Source of the DNA: a virus | Taxonomy: Duplodnaviria > Caudoviricetes | Length of the DNA: 58,892 bases | IMG/VR virus record: IMGVR_UViG_3300032320_002219 | Location: 1 to 58,892 of that record | Strand: one strand, 5' to 3' | In this document: in pieces, positions 46,333 to 56,045 of the stretch | Position numbering within the stretch: position 1 is the first letter of the stretch | Layout: every line of letters starts with the position of its first letter | Program-made: the position numbers and the translations under genes | The notes under the pieces: generated by a model | The model's input: only the letters and a program-made list of their open reading frames with translations | Database searches by the model: none | What the model was told of the DNA's origin: nothing

Positions 46333-46782
46333 CTAGCGGACCACCCAACCGTTGACGCACGCACCAGCCTCTGAGGCCACAGCCGGTGCAACTTCGGGCC
46401 GCGAAAGGCGGGCCGAGAGACCGCAGGTGGCGCTCGCACCGGGCGTGTAGGACAACCGGAGGTATCGGCGGCGAGCCTTGGTGTCGACGTCGATCTTCAC
46501 GACGGCCGCAGAGGCGGTCGCAGAAGCGGCAACCGTCGGCATCGTGAAGCCAGTCGCAGCGCCGCCCACGAGCCCCGTAACATCCGTGTAGGTGGAGTTA
46601 TCGTCGCTCTCGGCGATCTTGAGCACGTTCGCGAACGCCGTGCTGGCATTCGCGGCGCGGATCACCGTGAACGATGCGTAGTCGTAGCCGAGCATATCAA
46701 CCGTCAGCGTTGCCGTGGCGGTTGCTCCGACGGCAGCCGTGGGGACATCGCCGACGATCTTTTCGTTCTGGGCCTTGAGCAT
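46333..46782 (-). CDS. head decoration/accessory protein
   Basis: Directly after the MCP; VD..GYD, ESDD...YTDV, RYLRL. Confidence 0.65.
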   Translation of the reverse strand: MLKAQNEKIVGDVPTAAVGATATATLTVDMLGYDYASFTVIRAANASTAFANVLKIAESDDNSTYTDVTGLVGGAATGFTMPTVAASATASAAVVKIDVDTKARRRYLRLSYTPGASATCGLSARLSRPEVAPAVASEAGACVNGWVVR

Positions 46783-46800
46783 CTCTAAGAGACTCCTTTA

Positions 46801-48153
46801 TCACGAGGCGGCAGTCTTGAGGGCGACGACGGGGCCGACCTCAGAAGTGCTGCCGAGAGAGTGGTGGTTCACATCGAATCGCATGGTGCCCTGGAGCAGG
46901 AGCTGGTCCGTGGTGGCGTACACTTGGTCGTACAGCCGCACGGAGAAGTCCCGACGACGGGCGTAGATGCTCGAGAGGGCCATGTTGCCGAAGAGCACCT
47001 TGACCTTGTTCGTGTCGGCGCCGAGCGTGCTGTTCATCACGTGCACCACCGAAACTGGATATCCGAGCCAGCTGTCCGAAGCACCGCCGGAGACGGTGTC
47101 GGCCGTGTTCCCGCCGGCCGCGTACTTCAGGCGGTCGATGGAGGCAGCCTTGCCGGCCGGCGAGATGTACCACCGAGCGCCCTGGCGGGCGTAGATCGGG
47201 AGCTTGCCGATGACGCCGAGGAAGTCCTCGATGTCGAGGGTCTCGAAGGCCGTGTTGCCAGAGGCAGCCGTCACCATCGAGGCCGAGAAGCCGCTTTCCG
47301 CGATCTTGCTCACGATGCCACGGATGCCGCCGAAATCGGAGGTGCCGTCGCCGAGCCAGCCGCAGAGGTCGATCTTGTAGGCCAGAGACGTCGCGAACTC
47401 CTGGGCCACCGCGTCGGCCATTCCGACCACGCCCTGCGAATCCTCGACCACTTCCGAGCTCATCCGGCAGCTGACGGCCAGCTTCTTGGCCACGAGTTGC
47501 ACGTTGCCGTAGGTGGGCTCACTTTCTTGGATGCTCGACCCTTCGCCCACAAAATACGCTGTGGTGCCCGTAAGCCGCTTCGGAATCACCATCGTGTCCC
47601 GCGACATCGACACGTTCTCGGCCGTGCCGGGGAACGTGCCGTAGGTCTCGACAAGACGGATCACCCGGTTGGCGAACTCTTCCGGCACCAGGGCGCCACC
47701 GGCAGCGTTGCTGCCCTCGTTCAGGGCGCGGGCCTCGACGCCGTGGTCGCGGCACCACCGAATGTCATCGCTGTTCTTGAACACCGTCGCACGCAGCCAG
47801 CGGCCACAGCGGTAGGCGCTCTCCACAGCCTCGGGACCGTCGCCGAAGGCGCGGAGCTGGGTGTGGTGGGGCAGGATATGGCGAATCTCGGTCTTCTTCT
47901 CTTCGGCGGCCGGCTCGACGGCCTTGGCCGGGGCGGGGGCGGCCCGCTCGACCACGGCACGGAGTTCAGCCTCCTTGGCGGCGAGCTTCTGCTCGAACTC
48001 GAGGTCCGACTGAACCTTGTCGGCCTCTTCGGTCAGGCGACGGAGTTCGGTGGTCTGCTCTTCCGACCGCTCCTCGCAGTCGGCAAGTTCGTTGAGGCGA
48101 GCCGCAATCGCGGCGGCGCGGTCTTGAAGACGCTTGAGGTTGCTCGATGCCAT
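46801..48153 (-). CDS. HK97-fold major capsid protein
   Basis: Coiled-coil delta domain, GG.LVPEE, VGEG, GDG...GI, FGN. Confidence 0.95.
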   Translation of the reverse strand: MASSNLKRLQDRAAAIAARLNELADCEERSEEQTTELRRLTEEADKVQSDLEFEQKLAAKEAELRAVVERAAPAPAKAVEPAAEEKKTEIRHILPHHTQLRAFGDGPEAVESAYRCGRWLRATVFKNSDDIRWCRDHGVEARALNEGSNAAGGALVPEEFANRVIRLVETYGTFPGTAENVSMSRDTMVIPKRLTGTTAYFVGEGSSIQESEPTYGNVQLVAKKLAVSCRMSSEVVEDSQGVVGMADAVAQEFATSLAYKIDLCGWLGDGTSDFGGIRGIVSKIAESGFSASMVTAASGNTAFETLDIEDFLGVIGKLPIYARQGARWYISPAGKAASIDRLKYAAGGNTADTVSGGASDSWLGYPVSVVHVMNSTLGADTNKVKVLFGNMALSSIYARRRDFSVRLYDQVYATTDQLLLQGTMRFDVNHHSLGSTSEVGPVVALKTAAS

Positions 48154-48329
48154 TTTTGACTGACTCCTGTTGAGCCGGCCAAAAACGCAAAAGCGACGGC
48201 CGGCGGGTAAAAGTCCCGCAAGCGCGCCGCACTTTGAGTCCTCAAAGCACTCGCACCATCTCCAAGCGAAATCCTCGCTTGGAGTTGTGTATTTCTGTAG
48301 CCTAGCAGACGAAGGGGGTGGCGTGCAAC

Positions 48330-48695
48330 CTAGTCGACCACCGATGCCTTAACGCCCCAGGTCGCAAGGAAGGCGACGACGTCGTCGTAGAGTTCGCGGC
48401 GGGTCTTGTCTGATTCGACATATTCAGCGAGCCGCTGCTCGCCGAAGCCTTCTCTGACCATATCGACGGGAGCCTTGTCGCCGTCAGAGTCCCAGTCCAT
48501 AGCCTGAATGTCCAGCCAAACGAACCACCCGCCCTTTCCCGCAATGAAGGGCGTACGCTCGCCGCGCGCGGCGATTCTTTCTTCTATATCCGCCTGGGAG
48601 TCCTTCGTCCTCTTCGGCCAGTCCGCGTTCGAGAGGACGGCGTCGATGGGATCAGCCTCGTCTTCGGACGGCGATTCGTCTTGCTCGGTGTCCAT
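48330..48695 (-). CDS. acidic hypothetical protein
   Basis: Starts 2 bp after the stop of the ART-like gene. Confidence 0.65.
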   Translation of the reverse strand: MDTEQDESPSEDEADPIDAVLSNADWPKRTKDSQADIEERIAARGERTPFIAGKGGWFVWLDIQAMDWDSDGDKAPVDMVREGFGEQRLAEYVESDKTRRELYDDVVAFLATWGVKASVVD

Positions 48696-48697
48696 TG

Positions 48698-50308
48698 CTA
48701 CCAGTCAAAAGATTTGTTGACGACTCGGCCCCGTATGACGCCCCCCAGGATAGTCAATTCTTGCTCGTGAAGGCAGCCGAATCCAGTCCTGGCGGTCGAA
48801 AGAACTCTGCTCACATCAACTGTTGCGGTGAGGTGCCGAGCCTTGGCCGGCCCGCCTTCTTGCGCAAACTTTTCGGCTATTCCTTTGCTCATCGAGAAGC
48901 TGGATGCCGGCTGCATACTGACATTCTGCTCGCCGCCAGCGGTTATCTTTGCACTGCTGGAGTAGCCACGCACGACCGTTAGTTTCTTGATGCCTTGCAT
49001 ATGAAACCATTCTTGTGTGGCCTCGTACTGGGCTCGCAAGACAGCGCGAACTGCCTTGTTTTTCCTTACCTTCGCCACCTTTTCGTCAAAGCCCGCCTTG
49101 TTGTATTCGGGCTTGAGGTGTCTGGTGTACGGCTTCGCTACGCCAAATTCGTCCTTAATGGCGTACTGAATGCCAACGGCCGTTGGGTTTGAGTCTCCTG
49201 AAGTTGCGGCCCAAGTGTCGGCCATGCCGGCGGAGAGTGCGTACCTCCTGTGGTACTCCTTCGGAACTCCATGCGAGATTAGTTTCTGCGTGGCGTCGGT
49301 GCTCCCGTGGTATCTCATGTAAGGATCGACGGTAGCAAGCATTTCGTCGTCAATGTCTTGTTCTTTTATGCCCACCTTGCCAATTCGCTTTGCCTTGTCG
49401 ATCGACAGGCTGATCTTGGCTTGTATGGCAACTTCGGCGCCGGAACCGTAGTAGTTTTTCCACCCGTCGTGCAGGTCTTTGCCGAAAACTGCGTCCCGTT
49501 CTTGGTCGAGCTTGCCTTGATCTGCAATGTTTTTCTTGACTAGATGCTGTTGACCAATGTGATTTTCTGCCGCTTGAGTCTGCGGAGGCTTTTGCGCTGC
49601 GACCTCTTTTTTGGCGGCAAGCCGAGCCTTGAGTTCGTCCAGTTCTTCTCTGATGCTCTTCGGGGTGCCTGCGACCTTCAGCCCTTCTCCGGCCTTCTGC
49701 AGCTTCGCCTCCGCAATCTCTTGCTTGATGCTCTTTGGCGTTCCCGCAACCGTCAGTTGTTTCGACGCTTCGGCTGTCTTCTGCTTCATGGCGGTCTTGG
49801 CTTCCGCCAACTGGTCGGCCACACTCTTTGGGGTGCCGACAACACTGACCTTGTCGTTCGCTTTTTTGATGCGAATCTTTTGAAGCGTATCTGCCCGCTT
49901 TTTTGCACGGGCGGCGTCTGCGGCCTGCTTCTCGGCGCTTTCTTTAGCCTGCTTCTCTTTTTTTCGAATGGCCGCCTTCTTGCGCGCGGAGGAGATTTTT
50001 GCGCTTTTGGCGGCCGCCTCCAGGGTGGCTGCCTTTGCAATCAGCGCTTCTTTTGTGGCGGGCAGGCTCGCGGCCGTCGCTTGCTTGCCTTTCTGCGCAA
50101 ACGACTTCGGGACATTGGGACGTCCGTCTTCCTTCGCGCAGTCGTTCCCCTCGCCAAATCCTCCGGCCCCTGTGCCGCAGCCGGTCTTGCGGCCGGTCTT
50201 TGCCGGCCTACCGGGCGCGCGCACCTTCTTCTTCTTTTGCGACTTGCGGCCGCCCATTCGCGCCCGCACTTCTGCGAGCGCTCTGCGGAGTTCAGCGAGA
50301 ATGTCCAC
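48698..50308 (-). CDS. head-module protein with C-terminal ADP-ribosyltransferase-like domain
   Basis: VVRG...SSFS...A.KF...EQE (R-S-E pattern); Lys/Ala-rich N-terminus with 3x GTPKS repeats. Confidence 0.65.
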   Translation of the reverse strand: MDILAELRRALAEVRARMGGRKSQKKKKVRAPGRPAKTGRKTGCGTGAGGFGEGNDCAKEDGRPNVPKSFAQKGKQATAASLPATKEALIAKAATLEAAAKSAKISSARKKAAIRKKEKQAKESAEKQAADAARAKKRADTLQKIRIKKANDKVSVVGTPKSVADQLAEAKTAMKQKTAEASKQLTVAGTPKSIKQEIAEAKLQKAGEGLKVAGTPKSIREELDELKARLAAKKEVAAQKPPQTQAAENHIGQQHLVKKNIADQGKLDQERDAVFGKDLHDGWKNYYGSGAEVAIQAKISLSIDKAKRIGKVGIKEQDIDDEMLATVDPYMRYHGSTDATQKLISHGVPKEYHRRYALSAGMADTWAATSGDSNPTAVGIQYAIKDEFGVAKPYTRHLKPEYNKAGFDEKVAKVRKNKAVRAVLRAQYEATQEWFHMQGIKKLTVVRGYSSSAKITAGGEQNVSMQPASSFSMSKGIAEKFAQEGGPAKARHLTATVDVSRVLSTARTGFGCLHEQELTILGGVIRGRVVNKSFDW

Positions 50309-51839
50309 GGGACGCCGACTCCAGGGCTGTTGCCTTGAGGCGTGCCGCAGCCGCCGCCGCGTCGATGCTCCGCTCTGCGGGCATTTCTTCTTTGGCCGAG
50401 AGCTTTTCCTCTGGGATGATCCAGAGCTTGCACAGCCCCTTCTCTTCAATCTGGCCTTCCACGACGTCGCACGACCCGCCCTCGTTGAAGAAGACGCAGT
50501 TCGAGCACATCATGCCGCGTGCCGCAAACGGGCTGGCGGCCATGTAGTGCGATCCGTCTGGGCCTTCTTGCGGCCACATGCCCTCGGCCTCGGCGATGTT
50601 GTTCAGCGCCTCATAGAGGGCGTAGTTTGCCGAAGACAACGAGCCGCTTTCGGGCGGCGTGTCTTCTGCGCGAATCTCGGTCCCAGGCTCCTCGATGCTC
50701 CGCTCCATTGCGGCCGTCTTCCGCTTGGCCCAGTTCTTCGCGGGGGTGCCGCCCCAGAGGAGCCACGCCACGAATCCAGGCTTCTCTTCGCCGGCCTTGT
50801 CCCAACCAGGGGACTTGCTCGCCGTCTCGTGGCGGGCAAACCATGCATTCATTTCTCGAACGTGGTCGTCAGTGAGTTCTTCGCGTCGTGCAATCTTGTT
50901 GGCGCGAGCCACGGTTTCTGGCTTCAGGCCGTCGCCAGACTTGCCCTCCTCGTGCAGCCGAAGACCCCGCTTGGCAGCAGCGGCCATGCCGGCCGTCGGC
51001 CGCAGGCTTGCTGCGCGCTCGTCTGGCATCGAGTCGATAAATGCCGGAACCTCACCCATGATGCCGCTGGCGCCAACCAGTTCAGACATCATCTTGGCAA
51101 TGAACTCGTCGGTCTCTTCCCAGTAGCCTTCCTCGAACTCGTACTTGCGGACGAGAACGATCGGGTCTCCGGGTTTTGCCTCCATCGGGCTTTCGAGGTA
51201 CTCGCCAAGCTGGCCCTCTTCCATCACGTACTCAATGCGACCGACGCCGCCGTCCCAGGCAACGAACTCGCCCTGCTCGTACATGCGGGCTTGAGCCATG
51301 TCGAGGGCTCGCCTGCTGACGAACGATTCGGTGGCGACGTAGGCCGGCTTCAAGACCGGCCCGACATCGAACAGGCCGTCGACGGCCCGGATTTCGCGCA
51401 ACTGCCGGCCGTCGGCGGTGCGACTCCAGGCTTCGCCAGACCCCTTCACACGGAACGCAAAGCTCGATCCGCGAACATCGCCTCTTTCGATGGCCTCAAT
51501 CACATCAGCGCGGGATTCGGGCGGGTCGATCTCATATCGCAGACCGCGGTCGTCGACTGAAATCCGCAGCGTGCCGGAAGACTCCCGCCCAAGCAGAAAC
51601 ATCGGGTCGTGGTTATAGAGGGCCACAACGTCAGTGCCGCGCTTCATGACGTCGTCGAAGGCGCCTGGCGCAATTCTCTCCACAAAACCGCCCAGGTCTT
51701 GCGAGTCTGAGTTAAACAAGGCCGCGTAGCCGCGAATGACCGGCTTCTTCTTGCCGGTCTTCTCACACAGGCATCGCTCGACGACGGCCTCGGTCTCGAT
51801 CAGCCGGCGTTCAACGTCTTCTCGACTCTGTCCGTCCAT
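50292..51839 (-). CDS. HK97-family prohead protease with multi-domain C-terminal extension
   Basis: GYAALFNS.S.DLGGF.E.I.PGAF, YNHD, GSSFAF, V..PAY. Confidence 0.92.
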   Translation of the reverse strand: MDGQSREDVERRLIETEAVVERCLCEKTGKKKPVIRGYAALFNSDSQDLGGFVERIAPGAFDDVMKRGTDVVALYNHDPMFLLGRESSGTLRISVDDRGLRYEIDPPESRADVIEAIERGDVRGSSFAFRVKGSGEAWSRTADGRQLREIRAVDGLFDVGPVLKPAYVATESFVSRRALDMAQARMYEQGEFVAWDGGVGRIEYVMEEGQLGEYLESPMEAKPGDPIVLVRKYEFEEGYWEETDEFIAKMMSELVGASGIMGEVPAFIDSMPDERAASLRPTAGMAAAAKRGLRLHEEGKSGDGLKPETVARANKIARREELTDDHVREMNAWFARHETASKSPGWDKAGEEKPGFVAWLLWGGTPAKNWAKRKTAAMERSIEEPGTEIRAEDTPPESGSLSSANYALYEALNNIAEAEGMWPQEGPDGSHYMAASPFAARGMMCSNCVFFNEGGSCDVVEGQIEEKGLCKLWIIPEEKLSAKEEMPAERSIDAAAAAARLKATALESASRGHSR

Positions 51840-53395
51840 GTTCCAGTCACCTCTTCGTAGGGCTTGCCGCTGCGATGGCACTCCAGCAGCAGGTCTCGCG
51901 TTTCGTTCATCCAGTCGGCTGCAAACTCGTCGATTTGTCGGCCGGTAGCCTTTGCGGCGTCGCAGAGTTCGGTCTTCATCCGGCCTTCGTGGGCTTCGAG
52001 CCACGCAGTCAGTTTTGCCGGCTTCTTGCGGCGCTCGAGAATTCCGTCGGCCTCGATTGACGCCAGCTTGCGGAGCGTCTGGGCGAACAATACTTCGGCG
52101 ACTCCTCGCGTGGCCTCGGCGGCCGGCTGGTTGTCTTCGGGAGCAGGCTCTTCTTCGGCGGCAACCACAGGCGGCTCTTCGACTGGCGCGACGGCCGGCT
52201 CCGGCGGTTGCACGACGAACGACTCGAGCAAGGCCATGTTGACCTGCACGAACCGCTTGTCGCCTTCGTCGATTGGATTCAGCCCTTCGCTGGTTCTGAT
52301 CTCATTTATCGAAAGAACTCCGAGCGACCAGAGTTCCCGGTAGTAGCTCGCTCTTCCGGCGTTGTCGCCTCGCATCAAGCCGCGGACGTCGAACTCAGCG
52401 AAGTAGTTCTCGTCGTCCATGATGAGGTCGCGACGGCAGGCAGATTCCCATCGCCGCAGCCACGGCACGAGGCTGAACGTCACGAAGTCGAGCCCTTGCT
52501 GTTCGACAGAACTGTACGAACTCTTCGTGAGGTCGCCGATCATGTAGGCCGGCACTCTGTAGATTCTCGCAATGTCTTCTACTTGATAGCGCCTGGTCTC
52601 GATTAGCTGGGCCGACTCGTTCGTGCCAGACAGCTCTTTGACTTTGATGCCGTGCGGGAGGACTGCCGTGCGGCCATTTTGGTTTGGGCCACGGTGCATA
52701 TCCTCCCACGATTGCCGCAGACGCTGCGCGGTTTCTGGCTTGAGAGGCTGATCGCTCTCCAAGACCACACCCGGCCGCGCGCCATTCCCGAAGTACGCGC
52801 TCGAGTGAAGTTCCGTGGCACGCGCCAGCCCGATGGCCTCGCGGGACAGCATGGTCGGAATGTAACCCTTCACGCCGTCCTGCGTGAGCCAGCGCAGATG
52901 AAAAATCTGATCTTGCGTGTACGGCGTCGGATCAAGTTTGTCGGGCTCTTGGTACAGGTATCGGAGCCGGCCGGTCTTCAGCCGCTCGACCTTCATTCTG
53001 CTGGGGTGCAGCGGCCACAGTTCCGTGACAGCGCCAAACTTGCCTGGGCGAATCTCTGCGTAGGCGTTGCCCCAGAGAAGCAGCCAGCTCTGCATGAGCT
53101 CCCGGAACTCGAATGACGTCATCCAGCTATTTGGCTGCTCGGAGAGGATCAAGTGCAGCGGCATCCCGGAGGCCAGCTCTTTGCCGCCGGTCGCAATCCT
53201 GCGGAAGAGGTTGAATGGCAGCGTTGCCACTGACTCCGAGATCACGCGGACACACGCCAGGACAGCGCTGCACTGAAGCGCGGTCTCCGGGGACAGTGAA
53301 ATGCCGGCGACTGTCTTCCTGTCGTCGGACAGCTCTTCGAATACGCGAGAAATGCTCCGCATCTCAACGATGTCTTCGATCGCCGCTTCTTCCAT
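51800..53395 (-). CDS. HK97-family portal protein
   Basis: AV.ACV..I...VA.LP, PN..MT, GNAY, F.NG..P, NE.R..EGL.P. Confidence 0.95.
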   Translation of the reverse strand: MEEAAIEDIVEMRSISRVFEELSDDRKTVAGISLSPETALQCSAVLACVRVISESVATLPFNLFRRIATGGKELASGMPLHLILSEQPNSWMTSFEFRELMQSWLLLWGNAYAEIRPGKFGAVTELWPLHPSRMKVERLKTGRLRYLYQEPDKLDPTPYTQDQIFHLRWLTQDGVKGYIPTMLSREAIGLARATELHSSAYFGNGARPGVVLESDQPLKPETAQRLRQSWEDMHRGPNQNGRTAVLPHGIKVKELSGTNESAQLIETRRYQVEDIARIYRVPAYMIGDLTKSSYSSVEQQGLDFVTFSLVPWLRRWESACRRDLIMDDENYFAEFDVRGLMRGDNAGRASYYRELWSLGVLSINEIRTSEGLNPIDEGDKRFVQVNMALLESFVVQPPEPAVAPVEEPPVVAAEEEPAPEDNQPAAEATRGVAEVLFAQTLRKLASIEADGILERRKKPAKLTAWLEAHEGRMKTELCDAAKATGRQIDEFAADWMNETRDLLLECHRSGKPYEEVTGTWTDRVEKTLNAG

Positions 53396-54897
53396 CAGAT
53401 CACCATGAGTTCGGGTTCGGTCTGCGGCCCGTACGTTTCGCCGCTAGAAAGGCCGAGGGCCATGATGCAGGCAATGATGCCGTCAATGCGGCCGATGTCG
53501 TGCGATGACTTCTTGACAGGCTTGATAAGACCTTCATCGTTAGTCTTGATCTGCACGTTGCTTGCCTGCCACGAAAGAACCGGGTTTCCGGCGTGCCGGA
53601 TTTTGCCGGAGATCACAAGGTTCTCGAGCATGCGCGTCGGCGCGTTTAGCGGGCCAAAACCCTGCCCGAACGGGTGTACGGTTTGCCCTTCAGCCGATAA
53701 TTGCGTCATCAAATGGACCGCATTCCAGCGATCCACAGCGATGCCTTTAACCCAGTTTTTCTCACAGAACTCGAGAACGTAGTCTCGAATCTGATCGTAA
53801 TCTGTTATGTCGCCATCAGTTAGTCTAACAAATCCCTCTTTCACCCACTGTTGATACGGGACTCTGTCCTGCTTCTCTCTGCGGCCGGCGTTCTCTTCAG
53901 GAATCCAAAACATCGCCTTGACGTCGAAGCTGCCGTCGGCATCTGGCCATACGGCAACGAACGCTGTGGTGTCGTAGGTGCTCGCAAGGTCGAGGCCGCA
54001 GTAGCAGGGCCGGTTCTCTGTGCTTCGCAGCGGGGCAGCGCAGCCCTCCCAGGCGCCGTGCCTGAAAAACTTTTCTTCCGAGGTTGTCCACTGGTTCAAG
54101 TGGAGGCGGCGAAATGTCATCTCGTCGGCCGTCGACTCCTTGGCCTTGGCCGACATCTGCGTGAAGTAGTCTTCCTTGATGGTCGTGCCGTAATTCGGAT
54201 TTGCGACACGCCATGTTTGCGGGTCAAAGGGGTCGGCGTCCGACGCAGCTGCGTAGATGCAGGGCAGGAACGTGTCGTCCTGGAGGACTCCGTCCCGTAT
54301 CTTCTCTGCTCGCTCCCAGGTCTTGTAGCACGGCGACTGCCTGTCGTACCCGGCCGTGGTCAAGAAAATGGTGAGCGGCTGACGTCTGGCGCCCGTGGCT
54401 GTCTCGAGGACGTCGACCAGCTCTCGGTCTCGCTGTACGTGATACTCGTCCACGAGGATGCAGGACGGGTTGTATCCGTGCTTCGTGGCCGCCTCGCTCG
54501 AGATGGTCTTCATCACTGCGTTCGTATCCGGGACAGCAATGCTGTTCCGGTAGAGTTTGCAGCGGGAAAGCAATGTCGGATTGCTTTCAACCATCTGCTT
54601 GGCGGCATCGTGGAGAAGCGCCGCCTGCTGCCGGTCGCCGGCGGCCACGATCACCTCGGCCCCGACGTCGTCGCAGAACAACATATACAGGCCAATCGCT
54701 GCACAAAGCTGGGTCTTGCCATTTTTGCGCGGAATCGCGAGCAGGCTGGAGCGGTACTGGCGAAGGCCGTCGGCGCGGCGAGTGTTGAAGAGCTTGTCCA
54801 GGTACTCTGCCTGCCACTCAAACAGCTCGAACGGCTTCCCGGCGTGTTCGCCGCGGGTGTGGCGCAGGCAGGAGATGAAATCGCGTATGTCAACCAC
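53395..54897 (-). CDS. terL: terminase large subunit
   Basis: PRKNGKT, VDEYH, TTAG, GLDLAS..D, IDG..A. Confidence 0.95.
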   Translation of the reverse strand: MVDIRDFISCLRHTRGEHAGKPFELFEWQAEYLDKLFNTRRADGLRQYRSSLLAIPRKNGKTQLCAAIGLYMLFCDDVGAEVIVAAGDRQQAALLHDAAKQMVESNPTLLSRCKLYRNSIAVPDTNAVMKTISSEAATKHGYNPSCILVDEYHVQRDRELVDVLETATGARRQPLTIFLTTAGYDRQSPCYKTWERAEKIRDGVLQDDTFLPCIYAAASDADPFDPQTWRVANPNYGTTIKEDYFTQMSAKAKESTADEMTFRRLHLNQWTTSEEKFFRHGAWEGCAAPLRSTENRPCYCGLDLASTYDTTAFVAVWPDADGSFDVKAMFWIPEENAGRREKQDRVPYQQWVKEGFVRLTDGDITDYDQIRDYVLEFCEKNWVKGIAVDRWNAVHLMTQLSAEGQTVHPFGQGFGPLNAPTRMLENLVISGKIRHAGNPVLSWQASNVQIKTNDEGLIKPVKKSSHDIGRIDGIIACIMALGLSSGETYGPQTEPELMVI

Positions 54898-55378
54898 CGG
54901 CCAGCAGCGCACTCATTGGGTCTGCCGTTTTGCCTTGGCGGTCGATCACAGCCATCCCCAGCCGCGTCCTGTCTGCTGGGGTGAAGCCAAGAACGGCCTC
55001 GAGTTGGCGAAGTTGCTCGTGACACGACGTCGACTGGGCGAAAGCCGGAGTAGGCTTGGCTGCCTTCTCCTCGCCGGAGCGGCCGGTCATCGAGTGGTAG
55101 TGAATGGCGTTCTTCGAGAGTTCCTCCTCGGCCGAATACCATCGGTCGAGCGTTGCGGCATACCGAATAACGGTGTGCTTGTCCGTCTTCGCAAGAACGC
55201 CCATCGCGTCGAGGTTGCGGGCTGCCTCGCGAAAGAAGTCGGCGGCCCGCTCTCGCAGAAAAGTCGGTGGCTCGGGGAGCGTGTCGTAGAACTCGCCAAG
55301 CTCCTCGCGGTGGTCGGCGCGCCAGGAGCCGTTGAGGGCAAGAACGTGCTTCGGCTGTGGAGGTGGACCGCGGCGCAC
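54890..55378 (-). CDS. terS: terminase small subunit (P27 family)
   Basis: RGPPP.P...L.G and LGFTPADR.RL. Confidence 0.88.
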   Translation of the reverse strand: MRRGPPPQPKHVLALNGSWRADHREELGEFYDTLPEPPTFLRERAADFFREAARNLDAMGVLAKTDKHTVIRYAATLDRWYSAEEELSKNAIHYHSMTGRSGEEKAAKPTPAFAQSTSCHEQLRQLEAVLGFTPADRTRLGMAVIDRQGKTADPMSALLAGG

Positions 55379-55593
55379 TTGACAATCTCCCGTAATCTTT
55401 AGAATACAGGGCAACATGAGGTCGCCGCAGGTTATGCACGAAACCGGGGGAGTTACGAACCGGAGCCATTTTTGGCTAAACCCGTGATCGCGTGCGAGAC
55501 CTGAGCATGCGGTCTGCCGAGGGGGGCGAAAAAATTGGCCGGCCCCCCCCTCCCCCTCCGCAAAATTCCGGGCGCGTTTTTACGTGGCGCGGC

Positions 55594-55900
55594 GAGCCAG
55601 GGCCGGCGAGCATCGAGCATCGAGCGGCCGGCGGCATCGAGCGGCCGGCGGCATCGAGCCAGCCAGGGCCGGCGAGCATCGAGCATCGAGCGGCCGGCGG
55701 CATCGAGCCAGCCAGGGCATCGAGCCAGCCAGGGCATCGAGCCAGCCAGGGCATCGAGCCAGCCAGGGCATCGAGCCAGCCAGGGCATCGAGCCAGCCAG
55801 GGCCGGCGAGCATCGAGCATCGAGCCAGCCAGGGCCGGCGAGCATCGAGCATCGAGCGGCCAGGGCGGCGAGCATCGAGCATCGAGCGGCCAGGGCCGGC
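55594..55900. repeat. composite tandem array of 17-bp and 7-bp units
   Basis: Units GAGCCAGCCAGGGCATC, GAGCGGCCGGCGGCATC and GAGCATC; about 18 copies of GCATCGAGC. Confidence 0.95.
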
Positions 55901-55990
55901 GGGCCTCGATGCCGGGGGTATCGCGGGTCGGCCGGCCGGCGGATCGGCCTTCCTGCGCAATCCTATTGCGTCGATTTCGGGCCGCGCAGC

Positions 55991-56028
55991 AAAAAACCGG
56001 CCGGCGCTCGCCATCGAGCGCCGGCCGG
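55991..56028 (-). terminator. intrinsic terminator after the vWA gene
   Basis: 14-bp perfect stem followed by T6 on the minus strand. Confidence 0.85.
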
Positions 56029-56045
56029 CCACCCGGAACTAGACT

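Noticed and set aside
46861-51560. Long plus-strand ORFs (432 aa, 530 aa and others; also 7282-8460 and 53851-54984)
   Set aside because: Antisense shadows of high-GC genes with clear minus-strand functions.
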